Positions 28,101-43,000 of a stretch of DNA of 64,000 nucleotides are shown here, one piece after another. Positions within the stretch are counted from its first letter, which is position 1, and the number at the start of each line of letters is the position of its first letter. Source of the stretch: Eledone cirrhosa. Taxonomy: Eukaryota. The DNA lies in assembly GCA_964016885.1 (NCBI GenBank), contig OZ024741.1:48918001-48982000 (forward strand), given 5' to 3'. The translations under genes were made by a program, and so were the position numbers. The notes beneath the pieces were generated by a model that saw only the letters and a list, made by a program, of their open reading frames with translations, made no database searches and was not told the DNA's origin.

Positions 28101-31100
28101 ACCAGTAGTAACTAGTCTATACTAGATCTATTACTGTGATAATGGGGAGTTACTGTACCAGTAGTAACTAGGCTATACTAGATCTATTACTGTGATAATG
28201 AGGAGTTACACTACCAGTAGTAACTACTCTATACTAGATCTATTACTGTGATAATGTGGAGTTACACTACCAGTAGTAACTAGTCTATAGTAGATCTATT
28301 ACTGTGATAATGTGGAGTTACACTACCAGTAGTAACTTGTCTATACTAGATCTATTACTGTGAAAATGGGGAGTTACTGTACCAGTAGTAACTAGTCTAT
28401 ACTAGATCTATTACTGTGATAATATGGAGTTACACTACCAGTAGTAACTAGTCTATACTAGATCTATTTCTGTGATAATGAGGAGTTACTATACCAGTAG
28501 TAACTAGTCTATACTAGATCTATTACTGTGATAATGAGGGGTAACTATACCAGTAGTAACTAGTCTATACTAGATCTATTACCGTGATAATGTGGAGTTA
28601 CTGTACCAGTAGTAACTAGTCTATATTAGATCTACGACTGTGATAATGAGGAGTTACTATACCAGTAGTAACTAGTCTATACTAGATCTATTACTGTGAT
28701 AATGTGGAGTTACTATACCAGTAGAAACTAGTTTATACTAGATCTATTACTGTGATAATGTGGAGTTACACTACCAGTAGTAACTAGTCTATACTAGATC
28801 TACTTCTGTGAATATGTGGAGTTACTATACCAGTAGAAACTAGTCTATACTAGATCTATTACTGTGAAAATGTGGAGTTACTATACCAGTAGAAACTAGT
28901 TTATACTAGATCTATTACTGTGATAATGTGGAGTTACTATACCAGTAGAAACTAGTCTATACTAGATCTATTACTGTGATAATGTGGAGTTACTATACCA
29001 GTAGAAACTAGTCTATACTAGATCTATTACTGTGATAATGGGGAGTTACTATACCAGTAGAAACAAGTCTATACTAGATCTATTACTGTGATAATGTGGA
29101 GTTACTATGCCAGTAGAAACTAGTTTATACTAGATCTATTACTGTGATAACGTGGAGTTACTATACCAGTAGAAACTAGTCTATACTAGATCTATTACTG
29201 TGATAATATGGAGTTACTATACCAGTAGAAACTAGTTTATACTAGATCTATTACTGTGATAATGTGGAGTTACTATACCAGTAGTAACTAGTCTAAACTA
29301 GATCTATTACTGTGATAATGTGGAGTTACTATACCAGTAGAAACTAGTCTATACTGGATCTATTACTGTGTTAATGTGGCGTTACTATACTAGTAGTAAC
29401 TAGTCTATACTAGATCTATTACTGAGATAATGTGGAGTTACTGTACCAGTAGTAACTAGTCTATACTAGATCTATTACTGTGATAATGTGGAGTTACTAT
29501 ACCAGTAGTAACTAGTCTATAGTAGATCTATTACTGTGATAATGAAGAGTTACACTACCATTAGTAACTAGTCTATACTATATCTATTACTGTGATAATG
29601 GGGAGTTACTATACCAGTAGTAACTAGTCTATACTAGATCTATTACTGTGATAATGTGGAGTTACTATACCAGTAGTAACTAGTCTATAATAGATCTATT
29701 ACTGTGATAATGGGGAGTTACTGTACCAGTAGTAACTAGGCTATACTAGATCTATTACTGTGATAATGAGGAGTTACACTACCAGTAGTAACTACTCTAT
29801 ACTAGACCTATTACTGTGATAATGTGGAGTTACACTACCAGTAGTAACTAGTCTATAGTAGATCTATTACTGTGATAATGTGGAGTTACACTACCAGTAG
29901 TAACTAGTCTATACTAGATCTATTACTGTGAAAATGGGGAGTTACTATACCAGTAGTAACTAGTCTATACTAGATCTATTACTGTGATAATGTGGAGTTA
30001 CTGTACCAGTAGTAACTAGTCTATACTAGATCTACAACTGGGATAATGTGGAGTTACTATACCAGTAGTAACTAGTATATACTAGATCTATTACTGTGAT
30101 AATGGGGTGTTACTATACCAGTAGTAACTAGTCTATACTAGATCTATTAATGTGATAATGTGGAGTTACTATACCAGTAGTAACTAGTCTATACTAGATC
30201 TATTACTGTGATAATGGGGAGTTACTATACCAGTAGAAACTAGTCTATACTAGATCTATTACTGTGATAATATGGAGTTACTATACCAGTAGAAACTAGT
30301 TTATACTAGATCTATTACTGTGATAATGTGGAGTTACTATACCAGTAGAAACTAGTCTATACTAGATCTATTACTGTGATAATGGGGAGTTACTATACCA
30401 GTAGAAACTAGTCTATACTAGATCTATTACTGTGATAATGTGGAGTTACTATACCAGTAGTAACTAGTCTATACTAGATCTATTACTGTGATAATGGGGA
30501 GTTACTATACCAGTAGAAACTAGTCTATACTAGATCTATTACTGTGATAATGTGGAGTTACTATACCAGTAGAAACTAGTTTATACTAGATCTATTACTG
30601 TGATAATGTGGAGTTACTATTCCAGTAGAAACTAGTCTATACTAGACCTATTACTGTGATAATGTGGAGTTACTATACCACTAGAAACTAGTCTATACTA
30701 GATCTATTACTGTGATAATGGGGAGTTACTATACCAGGAGAAACTAGTCTATACTAGATCTATTACTGTGATAATGTGGAGTTACTATACCAGTAGAAAC
30801 TAGTCTATACTAGATCTATTACTGTGATAATATGGAGTTACTATACCAGTAGAAACTAGTTTATACTAGATCTAATACTGTGATAATGTGGAGTTACTAT
30901 ACCAGTAGTAACTAGTCTAAACTAGATCTATTACTGTGATAATGTGGAGTTACTATACCAGTAGAAACTAGTCTATACTGGATCTATTACTGTGTTAATG
31001 TGGCGTTACTATACTAGTAGTAACTAGTCTATACTAGATCTATTACTGAGATAATGTGGAGTTACTGTACCAGTAGTAACTAGTCTATACTAGATCTATT

Positions 31101-34100
31101 ACTGTGATAATGGGGAGTTACTGTACCAGTAGTAACTAGGCTATACTAGATCTATTACTGTGATAATGAGGAGTTACACTACCAGTAGTAACTACTCTAT
31201 ACTAGATCTATTACTGTGATAATGTGGAGTTACACTACCAGTAGTAACTAGTCTATACTAGATCTATTACTGTGAAAATGGGGAGTTACTATACCAGTAG
31301 TAACTAGTCTATACTAGATCTATTACTGTGATAATGGGGAGTTACTATACCAGTAGTAACTAGTCTATACTAGATCTATTACTGTGATAATGTGGAGTTA
31401 CTGTACCAGTAGTAACTAGTCTATACTAGATCTATTACTGTGATAATATGGAGTTACACTACCAGTAGTAACTAGTCTATACTAGATCTACAACTGGGAT
31501 AATGTGGAGTTACTATACCAGTAGTAACTAGTATATACTAGATCTATTACTGTGATAATGGGGTGTTACTATACCAGTAGTAACTAGTCTATACTAGATC
31601 TATTAATGTGATAATGTGGAGTTACTATACCAGTAGTAACTAGTCTATACTAGATCTATTACTGTGATAATGGGGAGTTACTATACCAGTAGAAACTAGT
31701 CTATACTAGATCTATTACTGTGATAATATGGAGTTACTATACCAGTAGAAACTAGTTTATACTAGATCTATTACTGTGATAATGTGGAGTTACTATACCA
31801 GTAGAAACTAGTCTATACTAGATCTATTACTGTGATAATGGGGAGTTACTATACCAGTAGAAACTAGTCTATACTAGATCTATTACTGTGATAATGTGGA
31901 GTTACTATACCAGTAGTAACTAGTCTATACTAGATCTATTACTGTGATAATGGGGAGTTACTATACCAGTAGAAACTAGTCTATACTAGATCTATTACTG
32001 TGATAATGTGGAGTTACTATACCAGTAGAAACTAGTTTATACTAGATCTATTACTGTGATAATGTGGAGTTACTATTCCAGTAGAAACTAGTCTATACTA
32101 GACCTATTACTGTGATAATGTGGAGTTACTATACCAGTAGAAACTAGTCTATACTAGATCTATTACTGTGATAATGGGGAGTTACTATACCAGGAGAAAC
32201 TAGTCTATACTAGATCTATTACTGTGATAATGTGGAGTTACTATACCAGTAGAAACTAGTTTATACTAGATCTATTACTGTGATAATGTGGAGTTACTAT
32301 ACCAGTAGAAACTAGTCTATACTAGATCTATTACTGTGATAATATGGAGTTACTATACCAGTAGAAACTAGTTTATACTAGATCTATTACTGTGATAATG
32401 TGGAGTTACTATACCAGTAGTAACTAGTCTAAACTAGATCTATTACTGTGATAATGTCGCGTTACTATACCAGTAGAAACTAGTCTATACTGGATCTATT
32501 ACTGTGTTAATGTGGCGTTACTATACTAGTAGTAACTAGTCTATACTAGATCTATTACTGAGATAATGTGGAGTTACTGTACCAGTAGTAACTAGTCTAT
32601 ACTAGATCTATTACTGTGATAATGTGGAGTTACTATACCAGTAGTAACTAGTCTATAGTAGATCTATTACTGTGATAATGAAGAGTTACACTACCATTAG
32701 TAACTAGTCTATACTAGATCTATTACTCTGATAATGTGGAGTTACTATACCAGTAGAAACTAGTCTATACTAGATCTATTACTGTGATAATGGGGAGTTA
32801 CTATACCAGTAGAAACTAGTCTATAATAGATCTATTACTGTGATAATGTGGAGTTACTATACCAGTAGTAACTAGTCTATACTAGATCTATTACTGTGAT
32901 AATGGGGAGTTACTGTACCAGTAGTAACTAGGCTATACTAGATCTATTACTGTGATAATGAGGAGTTACACTACCAGTAGTAACTACTCTATACTAGATC
33001 TATTACTGTGATAATGTGGAGTTACACTACCAGTAGTAACTAGTCTATAGTAGATCTATTACTGTGATAATGTGGAGTTACACTACCAGTAGTAACTTGT
33101 CTATACTAGATCTATTACTGTGAAAATGGGGAGTTACTATACCAGTAGTAACTAGTCTATACTAGATCTATTACTGTGATAATGGGGAGTTACTATACCA
33201 GTAGTAACTAGTCTATACTAGATCTATTACTGTGATAATGTGGAGTTACTGTACCAGTAGTAACTAGTCTATACTAGATCTATTACTGTGATAATATGGA
33301 GTTACACTACCAGTAGTAACTAGTCTATACTAGATCTATTTCTGTGATAATGAGGAGTTACTATACCAGTAGTAACTAGTCTATACTAGATCTATTACTG
33401 TGATAATGAGGAGTAACTATACCAGTAGTAACTAGTCTATACTAGATCTATTACCGTGATAATGTGGAGTTACTGTACCAGTAGTAACTAGTCTATATTA
33501 GATCTACGACTGTGATAATGAGGAGTTACTATACCAGTAGTAACTAGTCTATACTAGATCTATTACTGTGATAATGTGGAGTTACTATACCAGTAGAAAC
33601 TAGTTTATACTAGATCTATTACTGTGATAATGTGGAGTTACACTACCAGTAGTAACTAGTCTATACTAGATCTACTTCTGTGATAATGTGGAGTTACTAT
33701 ACCAGTAGAAACTAGTCTATACTAGATCTATTACTGTGAAAATGTGGAGTTACTATACCAGTAGAAACTAGTTTATACTAGATCTATTACTGTGATAATG
33801 TGGAGTTACTATACCAGTAGAAACTAGTCTATACTAGATCTATTACTGTGATAATGGGGAGTTACTATACCAGTAGAAACTAGTCTATACTAGATCTATT
33901 ACTGTGATAATGTGGAGTTACTATACCAGTAGAAACTAGTTTATACTAGATCTATTACTGTGATAATGTGGAGTTACTATTCCAGTAGAAACTATTCTAT
34001 ACTAGATCTATTACTGTGATAATGTGGAGTTACTATACCAGTAGAAACTAGTCTATACTAGATCTATTACTGTGATAATGGGGAGTTACTATACCAGTAG

Positions 34101-34700
34101 AAACAAGTCTATACTAGATCTATTACTGTGATAATGTGGAGTTACTATGCCAGTAGAAACTAGTTTATACTAGATCTATTACTGTGATAACGTGGAGTTA
34201 CTATACCAGTAGAAACTAGTCTATACTAGATCTATTACTGTGATAATATGGAGTTACTATACCAGTAGAAACTAGTTTATACTAGATCTAATACTGTGAT
34301 AATGTGGAGTTACTATACCAGTAGTAACTAGTCTAAACTAGATCTATTACTGTGATAATGTGGAGTTACTATACCAGTAGAAACTAGTCTATACTGGATC
34401 TATTACTGTGTTAATGTGGCGTTACTATACTAGTAGTAACTAGTCTATACTAGATCTATTACTGAGATAATGTGGAGTTACTGTACCAGTAGTAACTAGT
34501 CTATACTAGATCTATTACTGTGATAATGGGGAGTTACTGTACCAGTAGTAACTAGGCTATACTAGATCTATTACTGTGATAATGAGGAGTTACACTACCA
34601 GTAGTAACTACTCTATACTAGATCTATTACTGTGATAATGTGGAGTTACACTACCAGTAGTAACTAGTCTATAGTAGATCTATTACTGTGATAATGTGGA
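25190..34700. repeat. Block duplication about 25190-28350 vs about 31690-34750 (offset 116 then 114 monomers)
   Basis: TGTCGCG at 25963/32459 and TACTCTG at 26231/32727 (6496). ACTATTCTAT at 27607/33991 (6384). Confidence 0.85.
30030..32240. repeat. Block duplication with 26-monomer (1456 bp) offset
   Basis: CAACTGGG at 30035/31491, each followed by TAGTATATAC, GGGGTG and TATTAATGTG in the same order. ACCAGGAG at 30733/32189. Confidence 0.85.
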
Positions 34701-34829
34701 GTTACACTACCAGTAGTAACTTGTCTATACTAGATCTATTACTGTGAAAATGGGGAGTTACTATACCAGTAGTAACTAGTCTATACTAGATCTATTACTG
34801 TGATAATGGGGAGTTACTATACCAGTAGT

Positions 34830-37420
34830 AACTAGTCTATACTAGATCTATTACTGTGATAATGTGGAGTTACTGTACCAGTAGTAACTAGTCTATACTA
34901 GATCTATTACTGTGATAATATGGAGTTACACTACCAGTAGTAACTAGTCTATACTAGATCTATTTCTGTGATAATGAGGAGTTACTATACCAGTAGTAAC
35001 TAGTCTATACTAGATCTATTACTGTGATAATGAGGAGTAACTATACCAGTAGTAACTAGTCTATACTAGATCTATTACCGTGATAATGTGGAGTTACTGT
35101 ACCAGTAGTAACTAGTCTATATTAGATCTACGACTGTGATCATGAGGAGTTACTATACCAGTAGTAACTAGTCTATACTAGATCTATTACTGTGATAATG
35201 TGGAGTTACTATACCAGTAGAAACTAGTTTATACTAGATCTATTACTGTGATAATGTGGAGTTACACTACCAGTAGTAACTAGTCTATACTAGATCTACT
35301 TCTGTGATAATGTGGAGTTACTATACCAGTAGAAACTAGTCTATACTAGATCTATTACTGTGAAAATGTGGAGTTACTATACCAGTAGAAACTAGTTTAT
35401 ACTAGATCTATTACTGTGATAATGTGGAGTTACTATACCAGTAGAAACTAGTCTATACTAGATCTATTACTGTGATAATGTGGAGTTACTATACCAGTAG
35501 AAACTAGTCTATACTAGATCTATTACTGTGATAATGGGGAGTTACTATACCAGTAGAAACAAGTCTATACTAGATCTATTACTGTGATAATGTGGAGTTA
35601 CTATGCCAGTAGAAACTAGTTTATACTAGATCTATTACTGTGATAACGTGGAGTTACTATACCAGTAGAAACTAGTCTATACTAGATCTATTACTGTGAT
35701 AATATGGAGTTACTATACCAGTAGAAACTAGTTTATACTAGATCTATTACTGTGATAATGTGGAGTTACTATACCAGTAGTAACTAGTCTAAACTAGATC
35801 TATTACTGTGATAATGTGGAGTTACTATACCAGTAGAAACTAGTCTATACTGGATCTATTACTGTGTTAATGTGGCGTTACTATACTAGTAGTAACTAGT
35901 CTATACTAGATCTATTACTGAGATAATGTGGAGTTACTGTACCAGTAGTAACTAGTCTATACTAGATCTATTACTGTGATAATGTGGAGTTACTATACCA
36001 GTAGTAACTAGTCTATAGTAGATCTATTACTGTGATAATGAAGAGTTACACTACCATTAGTAACTAGTCTATACTAGATCTATTACTGTGATAATGGAGA
36101 GTTACTATACCAGTAGAAACTAGTCTATAATAGATCTATTACTGTGATAATGGGGAGTTACTGTACCAGTAGTAACTAGTCTATACTAGATCTATTACTG
36201 TGATAATGTGGAGTTACTGTACCAGTAGTAACTAGTCTATACTAGATCTATTACTGTGATAATATGGAGTTACACTACCAGTAGTAACTAGTCTATACTA
36301 GATCTATTTCTGTGATAATGAGGAGTTACTATACCAGTAGTAACTAGTCTATACTAGATCTATTACTGTGATAATGAGGAGTAACTATACCAGTAGTAAC
36401 TAGTCTATACTAGATCTATTACCGTGATAATGTGGAGTTACTGTACCAGTAGTAACTAGTCTATATTAGATCTACGACTGTGATAATGAGGAGTTACTAT
36501 ACCAGTAGTAACTAGTCTATACTAGATCTATTACTGTGATAATGTGGAGTTACTATACCAGTAGAAACTAGTTTATACTAGATCTATTACTGTGATAATG
36601 TGGAGTTACACTACCAGTAGTAACTAGTCTATACTAGATCTACTTCTGTGATAATGTGGAGTTACTATACCAGTAGAAACTAGTCTATACTAGATCTATT
36701 ACTGTGAAAATGTGGAGTTACTATACCAGTAGAAACTAGTTTATACTAGATCTATTACTGTGATAATGTGGAGTTACTATACCAGTAGAAACTAGTCTAT
36801 ACTAGATCTATTACTGTGATAATGTGGAGTTACTATACCAGTAGAAACTAGTCTATACTAGATCTATTACTGTGATAATGGGGAGTTACTATACCAGTAG
36901 AAACAAGTCTATACTAGATCTATTACTGTGATAATGTGGAGTTACTATGCCAGTAGAAACTAGTTTATACTAGATCTATTACTGTGATAACGTGGAGTTA
37001 CTATACCAGTAGAAACTAGTCTATACTAGATCTATTACTGTGATAATATGGAGTTACTATACCAGTAGAAACTAGTTTATACTAGATCTATTACTGTGAT
37101 AATGTGGAGTTACTATACCAGTAGTAACTAGTCTAAACTAGATCTATTACTGTGATAATGTGGAGTTACTATACCAGTAGAAACTAGTCTATACTGGATC
37201 TATTACTGTGTTAATGTGGCGTTACTATACTAGTAGTAACTAGTCTATACTAGATCTATTACTGAGATAATGTGGAGTTACTGTACCAGTAGTAACTAGT
37301 CTATACTAGATCTATTACTGTGATAATGTGGAGTTACTATACCAGTAGTAACTAGTCTATAGTAGATCTATTACTGTGATAATGAAGAGTTACACTACCA
37401 TTAGTAACTAGTCTATACTA
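34830..37420. repeat. Tandem duplication of about 24 monomers (1344 bp)
   Basis: TTACCGTG at 35075/36419. AAACAAG, CTATGCC, ATAACGTG and the marker monomer (35851/37195) share the offset. Confidence 0.88.
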
Positions 37421-38339
37421 GATCTATTAATGTGATAATGGGGAGTTACTATACCAGTAGAAACTAGTCTATAATAGATCTATTACTGTGATAATGGGGA
37501 GTTACTGTACCAGTAGTAACTAGGCTATACTAGATCTATTACTGTGATAATGAGGAGTTACACTACCAGTAGTAACTACTCTATACTAGACCTATTACTG
37601 TGATAATGTGGAGTTACACTACCAGTAGTAACTAGTCTATAGTAGATCTATTACTGTGATAATGTGGAGTTACACTACCAGTAGTAACTAGTCTATACTA
37701 GATCTATTACTGTGAAAATGGGGAGTTACTATACCAGTAGTAACTAGTCTATACTAGATCTATTACTGTGATAATGTGGAGTTACTGTACCAGTAGTAAC
37801 TAGTCTATACTAGATCTACAACTGGGATAATGTGGAGTTACTATACCAGTAGTAACTAGTATATACTAGATCTATTACTGTGATAATGGGGTGTTACTAT
37901 ACCAGTAGTAACTAGTCTATACTAGATCTATTAATGTGATAATGTGGAGTTACTATACCAGTAGTAACTAGTCTATACTAGATCTATTACTGTGATAATG
38001 AGGAGTAACTATACCAGTAGTAACTAGTCTATACTAGATCTATTACTGTGATAATGTGGACTTACTGTACCAGTAGTAACTAGTCTATATTAGATCTACG
38101 ACTGTGATAATGAGGAGTTACTATACCAGTAGTAACTAGTCTATACTAGATCTATTACTGTGATAATGAAGAGTTACTATACCAGTAGTAACTAGTCTAT
38201 ACTAGATCTATTACTGTGATAATGTGGAGTTACTATACCAGTATTAACTAGTCTATACTAGATCTATTACTGTGATAATGAAGAGTTACTATACCAGTAG
38301 TAACTAGTCTATACTAGATCTATTACTGTGATAATGTGG

Positions 38340-39030
38340 AGTTACTATACCAGTAGTAACTAGTCTATACTAGATCTATTACTGTGATAATGGGGTGTTA
38401 CTATACCAGTAGTAACTAGTCTATACTGGATCTATTACTGTGATAATGGGGAGTTACTATACCAGTAGTAACTAGTCTATACTAGATCTATTACTTTGAT
38501 AATGAGGAGTTACTATACCAGTAGTAACTAGTCTATACTAGATCTATTACTGTGATAATGTGGAGTTACCATACCAGTAGTAACTAGTCTATGCTAGATC
38601 TATTACTGTGATAATGGGGTGTTACTATACCAGTAGTAACTAGTCTATACTAGATCTATTACTGTGATAATGTGGAGTTACTATACCAGTAGTAACTAGT
38701 CTATACTAGATCTATTACTGTGATAATGTGGAGTTACTATACCAGTAGTAACTAGTCTATACTAGATCTATTACTGTGATAATGGGGTGTTACTATACCA
38801 GTAGTAACTAGTCTATACTGGATCTATTACTGTGATAATGGGGAGTTACTATACCAGTAGTAACTAGTCTATACTAGATCTATTACTTTGATAATGGGGA
38901 GTTACTATACCAGTAGTAACTAGTCTATACTAGATCTATTACTGTGATAATGTGGAGTTACCATACCAGTAGTAACTAGTCTATGCTAGATCTATTACTG
39001 TGATAATGGGGTGTTACTATACCAGTAGTA
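38340..39030. repeat. Local duplication with 7-monomer (392 bp) offset
   Basis: TTACTTTGAT at 38491/38883. GTTACCATACC and CTATGCTAG follow in both copies. Confidence 0.87.
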
Positions 39031-40079
39031 ACTAGTCTATACTAGATCTCTTACTGTGATAGTGTGGAGTTACACTACCAGTTGTAACTAGTCTATATTA
39101 GATCTATAACTGTGATAATGAAGAGTTACTCTACCAGTAGTAACTAGTCTATACTAGATCTATTACTGTGATAATGAAGAGTTACTATACCAGTAGTAAC
39201 TAGTCTATACTAGATCTATTACTGTGATAATGGGGAGTTACTATACCAGTAGAATCTAGTCTATACTAGATCCATTACTGTGATAATGGGGTGTTACTAT
39301 ACCAGTAGTAACTAGTCTATACTAGATCTATTACTGTGATAATATGGAGTTAGACTACCATTAGTAACTAGTCTATACTAGATCTATTACTGTGATAAAG
39401 TGGAGTTACTATACCAGTAGAAACTAGTCTATACTAGATCTATTACTGTGATAATGGGGAGTTACTATACCAGTAGAAACTAGTCTATAATAGATCTATT
39501 ACTGTGATAATGGGGAGTTATTATACCAGTAGTAACTAGTCTATACTAGATCTATTATTGTGATAATGGGGAATTACTATACCAGTAGAAACTAGTCTAT
39601 ACTGGATCTATTACTGTGTTAATGTGGCGTTACTATACTAGTAGTAACTAGTCTATACTAGATCTATTACTGAGATAATGTGGAGTTACTGTACCAGTAG
39701 TAACTAGTCTATACTAGATCTATTACTGTGAAAATGGGGAGTTACTATACCAGTAGTAACTAGTCTATAGTAGATCTATTACTGTGATAATGGGGAGTTA
39801 CTGTACCAGTAGTAACTAGTCTATACTAGATCTATTACTGTGATAATGAGGAGTTACACTACCAGTAGTAACTAGTCTATACTAGATCTATTACTGTGAT
39901 AATGTGGAGTTACTATACCAGTAGAAACTAGTCTATACTAGATCTATTACTGTGATAATGGGGAGTTACTATACCAGTAGAAACTAGTCTATAATAGATC
40001 TATTACTGTGATAATGGGGAGTTATTATACCAGTAGTAACTAGTCTATACTAGATCTATTACTGTGATAATGGGGAGTT

Positions 40080-43000
40080 ACTGTACCAGTAGTAACTACT
40101 CTATACTAGATCTATTACAGTGATAATGGGGAGTTACTATACCAGTAGTAACTAGTCTATACTAGATCTATTACTGTGATAATGTGGAGTTACTATACCA
40201 GTAGAAACTAGTTTATACTAGATCTATTACTGTGATAATGTGGAGTTACACTACCAGTAGTAACTAGTCTATACTAGATCTATTACTGTGATAATGGGGA
40301 GTTACTATACCAGTAGTAACAAGTCTATACTAGATCTATTACTGTGATAATGGGGAGTTACTATACCAGTAGTAACTAGTCTATAATAGATCTATTACTG
40401 TGATAATGGGGTGTTACTATACCAGTAGTAACTAGTCTATACTAGATCTATTACTGTGATAACGTGGAGTTACTATACCAATAGTAACTAGTATATACTA
40501 GATCTATTACTGTGATAATATGGAGTTACACTACCAGTAGTAACTAGTCTATACTAGATCTGTTACTGTGATAATGGGGAGTTACTATACCAGTAGTAAC
40601 TAGTCTATAATAGATCTATTACTGTGATTATGTGGAGTTACTGTACCAGTAGTAACTAGTCTATACTAGATCTATTACTGCGATAATGTGGAATTACTAT
40701 ACCAGTAGTAACTAGTCTATACTAGATCTATTACTGTGATAATGTGGAGTTACTATACCATTAGAAACTAGTCTATACTAGATCTATTACTGTGATAATG
40801 TGGAGTTACTATACCATTAGAAACTAGTTTATACTAGATCTATTACTGTGATAATGTGGAGTTACACTACCAGTAGTAACTAGTCTATACTAGATCTATT
40901 ACTGTGATAATATGGAGTTACACTACCAGTAGTAACTAGTCTATACTAGATCTATTACTGTGATAATGGGGAGTTACTATACCAGTAGTAACTAGTCTAT
41001 AATAGATCTATTACTGTGATAATGTGGAGTTACTGTACCAGTAGTAACTAGTCTATACTAGAACTATTACTGCGATAATGTGGAGTTACTATACCAGTAG
41101 TAACTAGTCTATACTAAATCTATTACTGTGATAATGTGGAGTTACTATACCATTAGAAACTAGTCTATACTAGATCTATTACTGTGATAATGTGGAGATA
41201 CTATACCATTAGAAACTAGTTTAAACTAGATCTATTACTGTGATAATGTGGAGTTACACTACCAGTAGTAACTAGTCTATACTAGATCTATTACTGTGAT
41301 AATGGGGAGTTACTATACCAGTAGAAACTAGTCTATACTAGATCTATTACTGTGATAATGTGGAGTTACTATACCAGTAGAAACTAGTCTATACTAGATC
41401 TATTACTGTGATAATGGGGAGTTACTATACCAGTAGTAACTAGTTTATACTAGATATATTACTGTGATAATGTGGAGTTACTATACCAGTAGAAACTAGT
41501 CTATGCTAGATCTATTACTGTGATAATGGGGAGTTACTATACCAGTAGTAACTAGTCTAAACTAGATCTATTACTGTGATAATGTCCAGTTACTGTACCA
41601 GTAGTAACTAGTCTATACTAGATCTATTACTGTGATAATGTGGAGTTACTATACCATTAGAAACTAGTCTATACTAGATCTATTACTGTGATAATGGTGA
41701 GTTACTATACCAGTAGAAACTAGTCTATACTAGATCTATTACTGTGATAATGTGGAGTTACTATACCAGTAGAAAGTAGTTTATACTAGATCTATTACTG
41801 TGATAATGGGGTGTTACTATACCAGCAGTAACTAGTCTATAATAGATCTATTACTGTGATAATGTGGAGTTACTGTAACAGTAGTAACTAGTCTATACTA
41901 GATCTATTACTGCGATAACGTGGAGTTACTATACCAGTAGTAACTACTCTATACTAGATCTATTACAGTGATAATGGGGAGTTACTATACCAGTAGTAAC
42001 TAGTCTATACTAGATCTATTACTGTGATAATGTGGAGTTACTATACCAGTAGAAACTAGTTTATACTAGATCTATTACTGTGATAATGTGGAGTTACACT
42101 ACCAGTAGTAACTAGTCTATACTAGATCTATTACTGTGATAATGGGGAGTTACTATACCAGTAGTAACAAGTCTATACTAGATCTATTACTGTGATAATG
42201 GGGAGTTACTATACCAGTAGTAACTAGTCTATAATAGATCTATTACTGTGATAATGGGGTGTTACTATACCAGTAGTAACTAGTCTATACTAGATCTATT
42301 ACTGTGATAACGTGGAGTTACTATACCAATAGTAACTAGTATATACTAGATCTATTACTGTGATAATATGGAGTTACACTACCAGTAGTAACTAGTCTAT
42401 ACTAGATCTGTTACTGTGATAATGTGGAGTTACTATACCAGTAGTAACTAGTCTATAATAGATCTATTACTGTGATTATGTGGAGTTACTGTACCAGTAG
42501 TAACTAGTCTATACTAGATCTATTACTGCGATAATGTTGGATTACTATACCAGTAGTAACTAGTCTATACTAGATCTATTACTGTGATAATGTAGAGTTA
42601 CTATACCATTAGAAACTAGTCTATACTAGATCTATTACTGTGATAATGTGGAGTTACTATACCATTAGAAACTAGTTTATACTAGATCTATTACTGTGAT
42701 AATGTGGAGTTACACTACCAGTAGTAACTAGTCTATACTAGATCTATTACTGTGATAATGGGGAGTTACTATACCAGTAGAAACTAGTCTATACTAGATC
42801 TATTACTGTGATAATGTGGAGTTACTATACCAGTAGAAACTAGTCTATACTAGATCTATTACTGTGATAATGGGGAGTTACTATACCAGTAGTAACTAGT
42901 TTATACTAGATCTATTACTGTGATAATGTGGAGTTACTATACCAGTAGGAACTAGTCTATGCTAGATCTATTACTGTGATAATGGGGAGTTACTATACCA

